64,000 nt of DNA, from the NCBI GenBank assembly GCA_963728565.1, contig CAVSLC010000025.1, forward strand, positions 125,492 through 189,491, written 5' to 3'. Both the position numbers and the translations under genes were made by a program. Position 1 is the first letter of the stretch; every line of letters starts with the position of its first letter. Source of the DNA: an uncultured delta proteobacterium. Its GTDB lineage: Bacteria; Desulfobacterota; Binatia; UBA9968. This document shows positions 9,330 to 19,684 of this stretch, piece by piece. A model generated the notes under the pieces. The model was not told where the DNA came from. It did not search any database and saw only the letters and a list, made by a program, of their open reading frames with translations.

Positions 9330-10352
9330 ATGGCGCACAATTTTGAAGTCATTGATGCTGACGGTCACATCACTGAAGAGGATAACCAGCTCAAACAGTA
9401 TATGGACGCGCGTTATCGCGATCGGGCCGCTACACTGACGCCGCGCGATAGCTGGGACCGTTCCATCGGCGGAACATTAGGGACTCGCGCGAGAGATGCC
9501 AGAAGCTGGCTCGATGCGATGGATCGGGGCGGTGTTTCGACCGCGGTGCTTTATCCCACCAATGGTCTCAGCGTCGGTTGGATCCGCGAGCCCGATGTCG
9601 CGGTGGCTTATTCCAAGGCATGGAACGACTTTGTCTCGGAAGAGTTTCAGAAGGTAAGCCCAAGGCTCAAGGCGGTTGCGCTGGTCCCTTTTCAGGACGT
9701 TCCCGAAGCGGTCAAAGAGCTGCGGCGCGCCGTAACGGAACTCAAGCTGCCGGGTGTGATGCTGCCGGCAGTGGGCCTAAGACTGCCGCTGGGGCACGAG
9801 AGTTTCTGGCCCATTTACGAAGAAGCGGAGAGGCTCGATTGCATGGTCGGGATTCACGCTACCGTGCGCGGTCCGCATTATTTTGCCGCCGACATGTTCG
9901 ATCAGTTTATCGAAGTTCATACACTGTCTCATTCCTTCGCCCAAATGATGCAGTGCACGAGCATGATGTTCCGCGGCGTTTTTGATCAATTCCCCAAACT
10001 CCGGGTTGCTTTTATGGAGGCGGGTTGTAGCTGGGCGCCCTACTGGTTCGGGCGAATGAACGAGGAGTGGGAAAAGCGGGGTCCGGTGGAAGCTCCCAAA
10101 TGCAAGAAGAAGCCAACGGAATACTTCAAGGATGGGCGGATCTACTTCCATGCCGAGGACTACGAGCCTTTGATTGGCGCTACCACTGAGGTGATTTCGC
10201 ACAACGTCATTTATTATGCTTCGGATTACCCGCATTGGGACACTGAATTTCCTGAAAACATCGATCACCTCGCCAGACGAAAAGATCTCAATGACGAGGC
10301 CAAGAAATGGCTGCTCGCTGAAACTGCGAAGAACCTTTATAACCTCAGCTGA
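9330..10352 (+). CDS. amidohydrolase family protein (Amidohydro_2)
   Basis: VIDADGH, VLYPT, FMEAGCSW, YASDYPHWD motifs. Confidence 0.92.
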   Translation: MAHNFEVIDADGHITEEDNQLKQYMDARYRDRAATLTPRDSWDRSIGGTLGTRARDARSWLDAMDRGGVSTAVLYPTNGLSVGWIREPDVAVAYSKAWNDFVSEEFQKVSPRLKAVALVPFQDVPEAVKELRRAVTELKLPGVMLPAVGLRLPLGHESFWPIYEEAERLDCMVGIHATVRGPHYFAADMFDQFIEVHTLSHSFAQMMQCTSMMFRGVFDQFPKLRVAFMEAGCSWAPYWFGRMNEEWEKRGPVEAPKCKKKPTEYFKDGRIYFHAEDYEPLIGATTEVISHNVIYYASDYPHWDTEFPENIDHLARRKDLNDEAKKWLLAETAKNLYNLS

Positions 10353-10362
10353 GACCCGACCT

Positions 10363-11388
10363 ATGGCAACAGGACGCAAAGTTTGCTTTACCGGTCCGAC
10401 ACGGCTCAAAGTGGCCGAAGAAATCCTGCGCGGCGCCGGTTGTGAACTGGTGATGGGGAAAAACCAGGACGACTTCCGCGAGTACAAATACCCCCGGCGC
10501 GAGCTGGTCGAATTGATTGGCGACTCCGCGGTGGTATTTCCCTCGGGCCGCGATATCATCGGCGGCGAAATTCTCGATTCCTGCGCCAACCTCCAAGCCG
10601 TGGTAAAGTCGAGCATCGGCATAGAAACCGTTGATGTCGATGCGGCCACCGACCTCGGCATTCTCTGCTGCAACAGCCCGACGCCGGAAAATTACCTGGG
10701 GGTTGCCGAAGCTACCGTCGGATTGATGGTGATGCTTTTCAAGCGCCTGAAGTTCAACGAAGCTTTGCTGCGCCAGGGCGGTTGGAAGGAGCCGCAGAAC
10801 CGCGGCATGCTGATGATGGGCCGAACCATCGGTATCATCGGGGTCGGCCGCATCGGCCGTAACGTCGTTAAACGGCTGAGCGGCTGGGATCTGAAGTTTC
10901 TCGGTTACGATCCGTATGTCGATCAGGAAACTGTGGCGCCTCTCGGCATCAAGATGGTCTCGCTGGAAGAGTTGCTCGGACAATCGGATCTGGTGACGAT
11001 TCACGTGGTTCTCACTCGGGAAACGCGCAAGATGATCCAGTTAGCGCAGCTCAAGATGATGAAGAAGACCGCGTACATCGTCAACACTTCCCGTGGTCAA
11101 GTGTTCAATGAGGCGGATCTGGCGCAAGCCCTTAACGAAGGCATCATCGCGGGAGCGGCGTTGGATGTTTTTGATGAAGAACCGACGCCGATGGACAATC
11201 CCCTGCGCCAGGTCGACCCCACCAAGTTGACGATGACGCCGCACATCATCGGCAACAATCCGGGCTCGCTGGAAGCGGGTCAGCGGCTTGCCGCGCGCAG
11301 TATTCTTTCGATTCTCGACGGCAAGGCGCCTGACACGGTAGTGAATCCCAAAGCGATTCCGCTCTGGAAAGAGCGCTTTTGGTCGTGA
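10363..11388 (+). CDS. D-isomer-specific 2-hydroxyacid dehydrogenase (SerA-like, NAD-binding)
   Basis: GIIGVGRIG Rossmann motif, VNTSRG, AALDVFDEEP, TPHI. Confidence 0.92.
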   Translation: MATGRKVCFTGPTRLKVAEEILRGAGCELVMGKNQDDFREYKYPRRELVELIGDSAVVFPSGRDIIGGEILDSCANLQAVVKSSIGIETVDVDAATDLGILCCNSPTPENYLGVAEATVGLMVMLFKRLKFNEALLRQGGWKEPQNRGMLMMGRTIGIIGVGRIGRNVVKRLSGWDLKFLGYDPYVDQETVAPLGIKMVSLEELLGQSDLVTIHVVLTRETRKMIQLAQLKMMKKTAYIVNTSRGQVFNEADLAQALNEGIIAGAALDVFDEEPTPMDNPLRQVDPTKLTMTPHIIGNNPGSLEAGQRLAARSILSILDGKAPDTVVNPKAIPLWKERFWS

Positions 11389-11522
11389 ACCTCGAGCCGA
11401 ACGATTTCTGAAGCCAATGTTTTTGACAACCGGTTCCTTGAAGCGATAGAAGGCTAGATATTGAGCAGAATCACCGAAATCGAAAACTGGTAGCCGCCGT
11501 TCTTAGCAGGAGAGAATACCTG

Positions 11523-12542
11523 ATGAGAGAAAGCAAACTAGCGATCCGCGCATTAGTTCTTGTAGCGCTGCTCGGTCTGGGCGAAATTCCCGCGCGCGGC
11601 GCTTCCGCTCCTGACCAAATGGTCGGTATTCACTCCTCGCGAGTCATGTCGCAGTCGCTCCCCTGGATGGCGCAGGAAGCCGGGCTGTTCAAGAAATACA
11701 ATCTCGATTTCAACCTGGTATTTATTTCATCTTCGAGCATTGTCACCGCAGCGCTGCTCGGCGGCGACGCCGAGATGACGGTCACCGGCGGCGTCGGCAA
11801 TGTCAATGCTTACGTGCGCGGTTCCACCGATGTGGTCTTCATCGGCGCGATCAAGAACGTTATGACCCAAACCATCGTCGCCGGCGGCAACATCAAGAGA
11901 CCGGAAGACTTGAAGGGCAAGAGAATCGGCGTGAGTCGCATCGGCGGCAATTCCCATTACTTCACCGTCCAAGCGCTGCGCAAATTCAACATGGATCCGA
12001 ACCGCGATGTGTCGTTCATGCAAACCGGCGGTGACCCGGAGACCTTTGCGGCACTGATGAGCGGGTCGCTTGAAGTCGCCAATTTGACTCCGCCGACCGA
12101 TGCGCTTGCGATCTCGCGCGGCTATCACTACGTGATCTATGGTCCCGATCTGAAGATCCCTTACGCTGCCACGGCTTTCGTCACCAAACGTTCGGTGATC
12201 GCCAAGCGGCCGCAGGTGGTCGGAAATTTCATGCGCGCAATGGCGGAAACGGCGAAGATCATGCACACCGACCGGGAGTTTGTTTACAAAGTACTTGGCA
12301 AGTACCTGCGTATCACCGATAGAAGCGTGCTCGATTCTGCTTACAATGCCGAGATCAAAGCGCTCGAGCCGCGACTTGCGATCAAGACCGAGGCGTTGCA
12401 GGCGATTCTCGACGAAGTGGCTCAAACCGATCCACGGGCAAAGAAAGTCAAACCACAAGAACTCATCGACAGCCGCTACCTGGACGAAATGGACAAAAGC
12501 GGATTTATGGATCAACTTTGGGGGAAGAAGAAGGAGCCATGA
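11523..12542 (+). CDS. ABC transporter substrate-binding protein (SsuA/THI5/NMT1-like)
   Basis: Signal peptide; GLFKKYNLD, DLKGKRIGVSRIGG, C-terminal IDSRYLDEMDKSGF. Confidence 0.9.
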   Translation: MRESKLAIRALVLVALLGLGEIPARGASAPDQMVGIHSSRVMSQSLPWMAQEAGLFKKYNLDFNLVFISSSSIVTAALLGGDAEMTVTGGVGNVNAYVRGSTDVVFIGAIKNVMTQTIVAGGNIKRPEDLKGKRIGVSRIGGNSHYFTVQALRKFNMDPNRDVSFMQTGGDPETFAALMSGSLEVANLTPPTDALAISRGYHYVIYGPDLKIPYAATAFVTKRSVIAKRPQVVGNFMRAMAETAKIMHTDREFVYKVLGKYLRITDRSVLDSAYNAEIKALEPRLAIKTEALQAILDEVAQTDPRAKKVKPQELIDSRYLDEMDKSGFMDQLWGKKKEP

Positions 12543-13535
12543 TGCGAAGTATTTTTCCCGCGATTTACTTTCTGCTTCTCGCGCCGATTTTGACTCACGC
12601 CGCTTCGGCCCCTGACAAGCTAGTGGGTATCCACTCGGCGCGGGTGATGTCGCAGTCCTTGCCCTGGATGGCGGAGGAGGCCGGGCTGTTCAAGAAGTAC
12701 AATATCGATTTCAATTTGGTGTTTATTTCTTCGTCCAGCATCGTCACAGCGGCTTTGCTCGGCGGCGATGCTGAGATGACTCTGACCGGCGGTATTGGCA
12801 ACGTCATCGCCTACGTCCGCGGTTCCACAGATGTGGTTTTCGTCGGCGGGGTAAAAAACGTCATGACCCAGAGTCTGGTCGCGGGCGGAGCTCTTAAAAG
12901 ACCCGAGGATCTCAAAGGAAAAAGGATCGCGGTCAGCCGCATCGGCGGCAACACTCATTATTTTACCATCCAGGCTCTCCGGCGGCACGGCCTCGAACCC
13001 AATCGGGATTTTAGCTTCATGCAAAGCGGCGGCGATCCGGAGTCGCTCGCGGCTTTAATGACCGGCAACGTTGAGGCCGCGGCGCTCACCCCGCCGTCGG
13101 ACGCCAAAGCTTTGGCAAATAAATTCCACTACGTGCTCTACGGGCCTGATTTGAAGATCCCATATGCGGCCACGGCGTTCGTGACTAAGCGGTCGGTAAT
13201 CGCCAAACGTCCGCAAGTCATCGGTAATTTCATGCGCGCCATGGCCGAACCGCCAAGCTGATGCAAACCGATCGAGAATTCGTTTATAAGGTGCTCGGCA
13301 AATATCTACGCGTGACGGAAAAATCGATTCTCGATGCCGCCTACAACGCCGAGATCAAGGCGCTCGAGCCGCGCTTGGCGATCAAGACGGAGGCGATTCA
13401 AGCGACTCTCGAGGAAATCGCTCCGAATGAGCCGCGGGCTAAAAAAGTCTCACGCCGCAAGAGCTCATCGATCGCCGTTATCTCGAGGAAATGGAAAAGA
13501 GCGGATTTTTTGATCAGCTATGGGCTAAAAAATAG
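12539..13535 (+). CDS. ABC substrate-binding protein (SsuA/NMT1-like), frameshifted near 13250 and 13450
   Basis: Close paralog of 11523..12542; the sequence continues colinearly across ORFs 12518..13261 and 13261.. and a third frame ending GFFDQLWAKK*. Confidence 0.85.
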
Positions 13536-13549
13536 TTCGAGGAGGAGCC

Positions 13550-14710
13550 ATGGAACAGACCATCATTTCGTCGGACTCTCATGTGATCGAGGTTCCGGAC
13601 TTGTGGGAGAAGGGTGTGCCGTCATCGTTTGCCGAGCGGGCGCCGAAAGCTTTTTTCGATGAAAAGCGCGATGCCTGGATGTTCGGCTCGGCTGAGGTGC
13701 CGGTGCAAGCGGTGGGCGGCTTGTTCATGGCCGGGCAGCGCCCGGACCAGGTGGAGAGTTTCCGCCGCGCCGGATTTTCGCTCGCCCGCCCCGGCGGCTG
13801 GGATCCGCTCGAGCGGATGAAGGACATGGTCACAGACGGCGTCGCGGCCGAAGTGCTCTATCCCAGTCTCGGTCTCGGTTTGTTCTGTCTCGAAGATGCC
13901 GCGCTCCAGGAGGCGCTGTTTAGAACCTATAACGATTGGCTGATCGAATACTGTCAAAAAGTGCCGGACCGGCTCTTTGGCATCGCGCTGATTTCCATGT
14001 TCGATATCGATCACGCCATCGCCGAAATGAAGCGCTGCAAGGAGCAGGGGATTGTCGGCACGATGATCTGGCAAGTGCCGCATCCCAACCTGCCTTTTAC
14101 CTCGGAGCACTACGAGCGATTTTGGGCGGCGTCCCAGGATCTCGAATTGCCGGTTCATCTGCACATTCTGACCGGCTTCGGCGACAGCATGCATCGCCAG
14201 ACCAGCCACGGCATCAAGCGCTATCGTATCGGCGTGCAACAGACTCGCGAAATCGAGGACGCTCTGTTCGAAATCATTTTTACCGGAGTATTGGAACGCT
14301 ATCCCCGGCTTAAAGTAGTGTCGGTCGAGAATGAAATCGGCTGGATGCCATTCTGGCTCGGTCAATGCGACAAAGCGTTCAAGCGGCATCGACATTCGGA
14401 GAAGCTGACCATCGATAAGCTGCCCAGCGAATATTTTCGCCGCCAAGTTTATGCGACATTCTTTAACGATCCGGTGGGCGCTAAATTGTTCTCATGGTGG
14501 GGCTGCGATAACTTCATGTGGTCCAACGACTACCCGCATCAAAATTCGACCTGGCCCAACTCGCGGGATGTGATTGCGCGTGATATGGGTCATCTTGATC
14601 CTGCCGACCGGGAGAAGCTGCTCCATAGCAACGTCACCGAGCTGTATCAAATCAAGGTAGCGGCTTCGTTGCCCGAGACCCATGTGGGCGCGGCGGTACT
14701 GCACGCCTGA
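13550..14710 (+). CDS. amidohydrolase family protein (Amidohydro_2)
   Basis: ISSDSHVIE, EVLYPS, VENEIGW, WSNDYPH; GAGGAG RBS. Confidence 0.92.
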   Translation: MEQTIISSDSHVIEVPDLWEKGVPSSFAERAPKAFFDEKRDAWMFGSAEVPVQAVGGLFMAGQRPDQVESFRRAGFSLARPGGWDPLERMKDMVTDGVAAEVLYPSLGLGLFCLEDAALQEALFRTYNDWLIEYCQKVPDRLFGIALISMFDIDHAIAEMKRCKEQGIVGTMIWQVPHPNLPFTSEHYERFWAASQDLELPVHLHILTGFGDSMHRQTSHGIKRYRIGVQQTREIEDALFEIIFTGVLERYPRLKVVSVENEIGWMPFWLGQCDKAFKRHRHSEKLTIDKLPSEYFRRQVYATFFNDPVGAKLFSWWGCDNFMWSNDYPHQNSTWPNSRDVIARDMGHLDPADREKLLHSNVTELYQIKVAASLPETHVGAAVLHA

Positions 14711-14742
14711 AAGGACACGGTTTTACAAACAGAGGAGCAATT

Positions 14743-15762
14743 ATGGAATTGAGAGAAGCAGTTAAAGTTTTAGATTCGGACGCTCATGCGCGGGATCTCG
14801 ATGAAAATCTTCGGCCGTATCTGGACGAACCCTACCGCAGTCAGCGAGCGCCGTTTTTTCTGCGGGAAACCTACGACCGCAATCTAGGCGGGACTTTGGG
14901 CTTTTCGGGGGCGAAACACGAAGAACGGCTGGCAGCCATGGACACGCAGCAAATTGATAGCGCGGTCATGTATCCGACGAGCGGCTTGGGTATCGGCGCC
15001 ATCCGCGATCCGGCGTTTAATGCGGCGCTATGCCGGGCTTATAACGATTACATTTCGGATTACTGCAAGGCGTCGCCCCGGCTGAAGGCAGTGGCCAATC
15101 TACCGGTCAACAATCCCGCCGAAGCGGCCAAGGAGCTCAAGCGCGCGGTCACAAAACTCGGGCTATGCGGCGGCATGTTGGCGGCGCAGTCCCATATGAA
15201 AAATCTTGGCAGTCCCGAGTTCTACCCGCTCTATGAAGAAGCGCAGCGGCTCAATACGCCGATTGCGATTCATGCCTTCGGCGGCGATGAGCCCGGCACT
15301 GAAATTTTCGATAAGTTCATCTGCCTGCACACCACCGGTCATCCATTTCCGGTGCTACGCCAGCTCACCGCGATCGTCTTCGGCGGTATTCCCGAACTTT
15401 TTCCCGACCTGAAGATCGGCTACCTCGAAGTGGGGTGCGGCTGGATACCCTATTGGGCGGAGCGGATGGATGAAGAATGGGAAAAGCGCGGCAAGGCCGA
15501 AGCTCCGCTGTGCAAGAAAAAACCGAGCGAGTATTTGACCAACGGCAACAGCTATTATGGTTGCGAGCCGGAAGAGAAGATGATGGGCTACGTTGTCAAC
15601 GAGATCGGCTCGAAGACTTTGATGTATGCCTCCGATTACCCGCACTGGGATATGAGTTGGCCGGAATCGGCGACCATTGTGTGGAACCGTGAGGACCTGT
15701 CGGTGGAAGCTAAAAAGGATATTCTGCTTAACAACGCCAAGCGGTTTTACAATCTTTCGTAG
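14743..15762 (+). CDS. amidohydrolase family protein (Amidohydro_2)
   Basis: LDSDAH, VMYPT, YLEVGCGW, YASDYPHWD; paralog of 9330..10352. Confidence 0.92.
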   Translation: MELREAVKVLDSDAHARDLDENLRPYLDEPYRSQRAPFFLRETYDRNLGGTLGFSGAKHEERLAAMDTQQIDSAVMYPTSGLGIGAIRDPAFNAALCRAYNDYISDYCKASPRLKAVANLPVNNPAEAAKELKRAVTKLGLCGGMLAAQSHMKNLGSPEFYPLYEEAQRLNTPIAIHAFGGDEPGTEIFDKFICLHTTGHPFPVLRQLTAIVFGGIPELFPDLKIGYLEVGCGWIPYWAERMDEEWEKRGKAEAPLCKKKPSEYLTNGNSYYGCEPEEKMMGYVVNEIGSKTLMYASDYPHWDMSWPESATIVWNREDLSVEAKKDILLNNAKRFYNLS

Positions 15763-15774
15763 CGCTTAAAGCGG

Positions 15775-15822
15775 CCGCCGGTCTTGAGCATCTCTGGTGC
15801 GGACCGGCGGCGATTTCTTATT
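15775..15822 (+). terminator. GC-rich hairpin between amidohydrolase and TPP enzyme genes
   Basis: GCCGCCGGTC...GACCGGCGGC inverted repeat followed by ATTTCTTATT. Confidence 0.4.
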
Positions 15823-15839
15823 AACCGAAAGGGAGACGT

Positions 15840-17573
15840 ATGATTCAAACTAAAGGGTTAACCGGGGCGCAATCCATGCTGCGCGTCCTCGCAAGAATGG
15901 GCGTGGAAAAAATCTTTGCGTCGCCGGGATCCGAATGGTCGCCGGTGTGGGAGGCGCTGGCGGAACCGGGCGTCGAAGGCATGCCGCAGTATCTGAGCAC
16001 GCGCCACGAAGAAGTAGCCGTCGGCATGGCAAGCGGATACGCGAAGGCCACCGGCAAACTGCCGGCGGTCATGATCCACACCACGGTGGGCTCGCTGCAC
16101 GCGACCATGGGCATGCGGGGCGCGATTCGCGAACAGGTGCCAATGGTAGTCTTCAGCGGTGAATCGATCGGCTATGGCGAAGACGAAGGACCGGACCCGG
16201 GAGGGCAGTGGTTGGGGCATCTCTCCAACATTGGCGGCCCGGCGAAGATGGTCGAGCAAACGGTGAAGTGGAGTTTCGGCGTTAACAACAAAGCGATTTT
16301 GCCGGCGACGATTCAACGCGCCTGCCAGCTTGCGATGGCCGCGCCGAAGGGGCCGACGTTCGTATCTTTGTCGATGGAGCATCTCTTCGACAAGATGATC
16401 AAAGACGTTCCCTCGGTCGGCTTCGCGCCCGGAGCGACCGCCGATCCGAAGGGCATAGAGGAGCTTGCGAAGCTCCTAGCCGGCGCAAAAAACCCGGTCA
16501 TTGTCACCGAAGATTCGGGGCGCACGGCAAAGTCCGTGCATTGCCTGGTAGAGATTGCCGAGCTTCTGGGGTGTGTGGTGGTCGAAACCCGCAGCACGGG
16601 CGCGCTCAATTTTCCCCGCACTCATCCGCTGCACAGCGGCTACGATCCGCGCAAGGCGTTAGCGGGCGCGGACGCGATTCTCTTGCTGGCGGTAATCGCG
16701 CCGTGGCATCCGGCTTCGGCGACGCCGTCGCCGGGCGCGACCGTGGCGATCCTGGATGAGAATCCGTTGCGGCATGATATGCCCTACTATGGTTATCAGG
16801 CCGATCTCTGTTTGACCGGTGAGATCGAAAGCTCACTCGAGCAGCTCTTGGCCGCGTTGAAGAGTAAAGTCTCCGCCAGCGATTCGTCGCGTAAGCAGCG
16901 CGCTGAGGAGATCGGCAAGAAAAACCATGCCCAAAGGAAAGCCTGGCGCGAGGAGGCGCTGGCCCTTGCCGCTCAGAAACCGATGGACACCCGCTGGGTA
17001 GCGCATGAAATCAGCCAGGTCTTGCCGGCGGACGCCATGGTCGTGGAAGAGACGATCACGCATCGTTTAGCGATCCATCGCTATTTCGATGGGCTCAAGC
17101 CAGGCTCGTTTTTCGCAGGCTGCGTCGGCGGTTTGGGCACCGGATTGTCGACGGCGCTGGGCGTGAAATCGGCCAATCCCAAACGTCCTGTGGTGTGCGT
17201 CATCGGTGACGGATCTTTCAACTACGATCCGGCGCCAGCCGTGTACGGGGCTGCCCAAGAGCATAACCTGCCGTTCCTGACGGTGATGTTTAACAATCAG
17301 GGTTATTTGTCGCAGAAATCCGGCATCCCGAAGTACTATCCTGAAGGCTGGGCAGTGAAATCGAAGAATTTCTCCGGCCTGCACATCGCTCCATGTCCGG
17401 AGTATGCGCAGATCATCAAAGCTTTCGACGGCTATGGCGAAAAGGTCGAAGAGCCCGGGGAGGTGCGCAAAGCAGTCGAGCGTGGCCTGCGCGCGGTGGC
17501 CGGTGGCCAGGTCGCCTTGCTCGATATTCGACTCAAGCCGGTAGAGCAGATCGTCGAGCGCGGCGAGGGTTAA
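15840..17573 (+). CDS. thiamine pyrophosphate-dependent enzyme (acetolactate synthase/benzoylformate decarboxylase-like family)
   Basis: RHEEVAVGMASGYAKATG N-terminal motif and GDGSFNY...NNQGY TPP-binding motif. Confidence 0.92.
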   Translation: MIQTKGLTGAQSMLRVLARMGVEKIFASPGSEWSPVWEALAEPGVEGMPQYLSTRHEEVAVGMASGYAKATGKLPAVMIHTTVGSLHATMGMRGAIREQVPMVVFSGESIGYGEDEGPDPGGQWLGHLSNIGGPAKMVEQTVKWSFGVNNKAILPATIQRACQLAMAAPKGPTFVSLSMEHLFDKMIKDVPSVGFAPGATADPKGIEELAKLLAGAKNPVIVTEDSGRTAKSVHCLVEIAELLGCVVVETRSTGALNFPRTHPLHSGYDPRKALAGADAILLLAVIAPWHPASATPSPGATVAILDENPLRHDMPYYGYQADLCLTGEIESSLEQLLAALKSKVSASDSSRKQRAEEIGKKNHAQRKAWREEALALAAQKPMDTRWVAHEISQVLPADAMVVEETITHRLAIHRYFDGLKPGSFFAGCVGGLGTGLSTALGVKSANPKRPVVCVIGDGSFNYDPAPAVYGAAQEHNLPFLTVMFNNQGYLSQKSGIPKYYPEGWAVKSKNFSGLHIAPCPEYAQIIKAFDGYGEKVEEPGEVRKAVERGLRAVAGGQVALLDIRLKPVEQIVERGEG

Positions 17574-17607
17574 GCTTTTTTAAACCATTGGCTAGGAGAA
17601 TTCGTTG

Positions 17608-17680
17608 TCAGGGCAGGCTCCCGTGCCTGCCCTGAGCGATTACAGCGTAAACAGACGGCACGGTTTCAATGCCCGTCACA
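17608..17680. repeat. REP-like palindrome (degenerate doublet)
   Basis: TCAGGGCAGGCTCCCGTGCCTGCCCTGA hairpin, followed by a second imperfect hairpin GACGGCAC..TGCCCGTC. Confidence 0.45.
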
Positions 17681-17703
17681 TTTGATCGGCCTACCGGCAT
17701 ATT

Positions 17704-18681
17704 ATGAAAAGCCGACTTCCGATTTTCATCCTCGCGCTCTGCATGACCATTGCGGCTCGAGCCCAAGCAGCCGATAAACTCGTTGGTATCCATTCGGCAA
17801 GAGTTCTTTCCCAGTCGATGCCTTGGATCGCCCAAGAGGCCGGTCTCTTCAAAAAACACAATCTGGACTTTCCAATGGTTTTCATCCCCGCGTCCTCCGC
17901 GGTGACCGCCGCCATGTTGGGTGGCGACGGTGAGATAGCGCTCACCGGAGGCGAGGGTATGATTCGCGCCAACGTGGCTGGTGGCAGCGACTTCGTTTTT
18001 ATCGGAGCGGTAAAAAACATCTTGACTCATAGCATAATGGGCAAGCCGGAGCTCAAGAGGCCCGAGGATCTGAAAGGGAAAAAAGTAGGAGTCACCCGGC
18101 TCGGCGGCAATCCCCATTATTTCGCGATTCAGGCCCTGCGATTGAAAGGATTGGATCCAAGCAAGGATGTCACTTTCATTCAAACCGGCGGCGCGCCGGA
18201 AACGCTGGCGGCCTTGAAATCGGGAGTGATCGATGCGGCGGCCTTGACCGCGCCCACTGACACCCAAGCGACCGCCATGGGTTACAACTTCGTCATCTTC
18301 GGACCCGATCTGAAAATCCCCTATGCGGCAACCGTTTTCGTGACTCGGCGCGCTGTCATTGCCAAGCGTTCCGCGGTAATTGGTCAATTCATGCGCGCGA
18401 TGGCGGAGGCGTCCAGGATTCTCCACAACGACAGAGAGTTCGTCTATAAGGTTCTTGGCAAACAGCTCCGGCTCACTGACAGAAAAATTTTGGACGCTGC
18501 CTATAATGGCGAGATAAAGGCGCTCGAACCGCGGCTATCTCTTCGCGCCGAGCCGTACCAGGCGATTCTGGACGATATTGCCAAGACGGATGGGCGCGCC
18601 AAGAAAGTCAAAGCTGAGGACATGATGGATAGTCGTTATGTCGATGAGCTAGAAAAAAGCGGTGCTTTCGATAAGTCTTAG
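17704..18681 (+). CDS. ABC substrate-binding protein (SsuA/NMT1-like)
   Basis: Third paralog (DKLVGIHSARVLSQSMPW, GPDLKIPYAAT, DREFVYKVLGK). Confidence 0.9.
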   Translation: MKSRLPIFILALCMTIAARAQAADKLVGIHSARVLSQSMPWIAQEAGLFKKHNLDFPMVFIPASSAVTAAMLGGDGEIALTGGEGMIRANVAGGSDFVFIGAVKNILTHSIMGKPELKRPEDLKGKKVGVTRLGGNPHYFAIQALRLKGLDPSKDVTFIQTGGAPETLAALKSGVIDAAALTAPTDTQATAMGYNFVIFGPDLKIPYAATVFVTRRAVIAKRSAVIGQFMRAMAEASRILHNDREFVYKVLGKQLRLTDRKILDAAYNGEIKALEPRLSLRAEPYQAILDDIAKTDGRAKKVKAEDMMDSRYVDELEKSGAFDKS

Positions 18682-18706
18682 ACCTGTAAACCGTTGCGAG
18701 GATTAT

Positions 18707-19417
18707 ATGAGCAGCAGCTTTCATGATCGATTGGTCGTCACCCGCGATCGCAAGCACAGCAAAAATCATCCGTTTTTCGAGCTATGGGCGCAGGGGAAGC
18801 TGACCCGGGAGCAAACCGCCTTCTACTGCACGCAGCACTACCATTTTGTCGGCGAGTTTTTGAACTGGCTTGCGTATCAGGGCTCGCAGATTCGTGAGCG
18901 CGATGTAAAAAATTATTTATTCGAAAATCTCGGAGACGAAGAGAATCCCGACGATCGTCATTTGGACATGCTCAAGGATTACGTCGCCGCTAGCGGCGTG
19001 AATCGCGATAGCGTGGAAGGCTCGATTGTTCTCGCCGCCACGGAGGGGTTGCAGAATTGGGGCTGGCGCATGGTCTATCAAAGGCGTTGGCAGGCCGCGC
19101 TGGCCGGGATGTTCATCGGCCTTGAGTCCCAGTTTTTAGATATCTGCAAAAAGATCGTTCCCGCTCTGCACAAACATTACGGTTATGCGCCGCATGCGCG
19201 GGAAATCCGATTTTTCGAAGAACATATCTACGCCGACGAGGTCCATGGCTCCAAAGGATTTGCCATCGTCGAGAAGTATTGCAACACGCCTGAGCTCCAG
19301 GATTTGGCAATCCAGATGGTGGAAGAGGCGACCATCAGGCGCTGGCGTTATATGAACGGTATTTATTGGTACGCGCTGCACGGTAAACAGGACGACACGC
19401 CGAGCCTGCCAGGCTAA
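18707..19417 (+). CDS. heme-oxygenase-like iron-containing redox enzyme (PqqC/CADD/TenA superfamily)
   Basis: HPFFELWAQGKLT, ENLGDEE..DDRH, GLESQ, FFEEHIYADEVH: E/H/E/H/D/H di-metal ligand pattern as in CADD-type proteins. Confidence 0.8.
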   Translation: MSSSFHDRLVVTRDRKHSKNHPFFELWAQGKLTREQTAFYCTQHYHFVGEFLNWLAYQGSQIRERDVKNYLFENLGDEENPDDRHLDMLKDYVAASGVNRDSVEGSIVLAATEGLQNWGWRMVYQRRWQAALAGMFIGLESQFLDICKKIVPALHKHYGYAPHAREIRFFEEHIYADEVHGSKGFAIVEKYCNTPELQDLAIQMVEEATIRRWRYMNGIYWYALHGKQDDTPSLPG

Positions 19418-19684
19418 GGTCTAGCAGCCCCGATTTCGCGGTTCAAAGGGACAGCCGGATCAGGGGACGAGCCCTCCGGATCGAAGGCAATGGGTCTGTA
19501 GCTCATAGGTTGTGAAACTTCGTGCTTGATCGGTCGGCCTGTCGAGGATCAACTGTTGGCCGTGAATTGGAACGACATTGGACTGTTCGCGTCCGTGCCT
19601 TCGCTCCTCCGGTCTCGCCCCTTGATCGGAAAACAGCATTGACCTCTCTGTTGCGGAATTCGACTTCGATATGAGGATCGAGTA

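Noticed and set aside
18707-19417. PQQ or RiPP biosynthetic cluster
   Set aside because: No precursor peptide, PqqD/RRE or radical SAM gene nearby.
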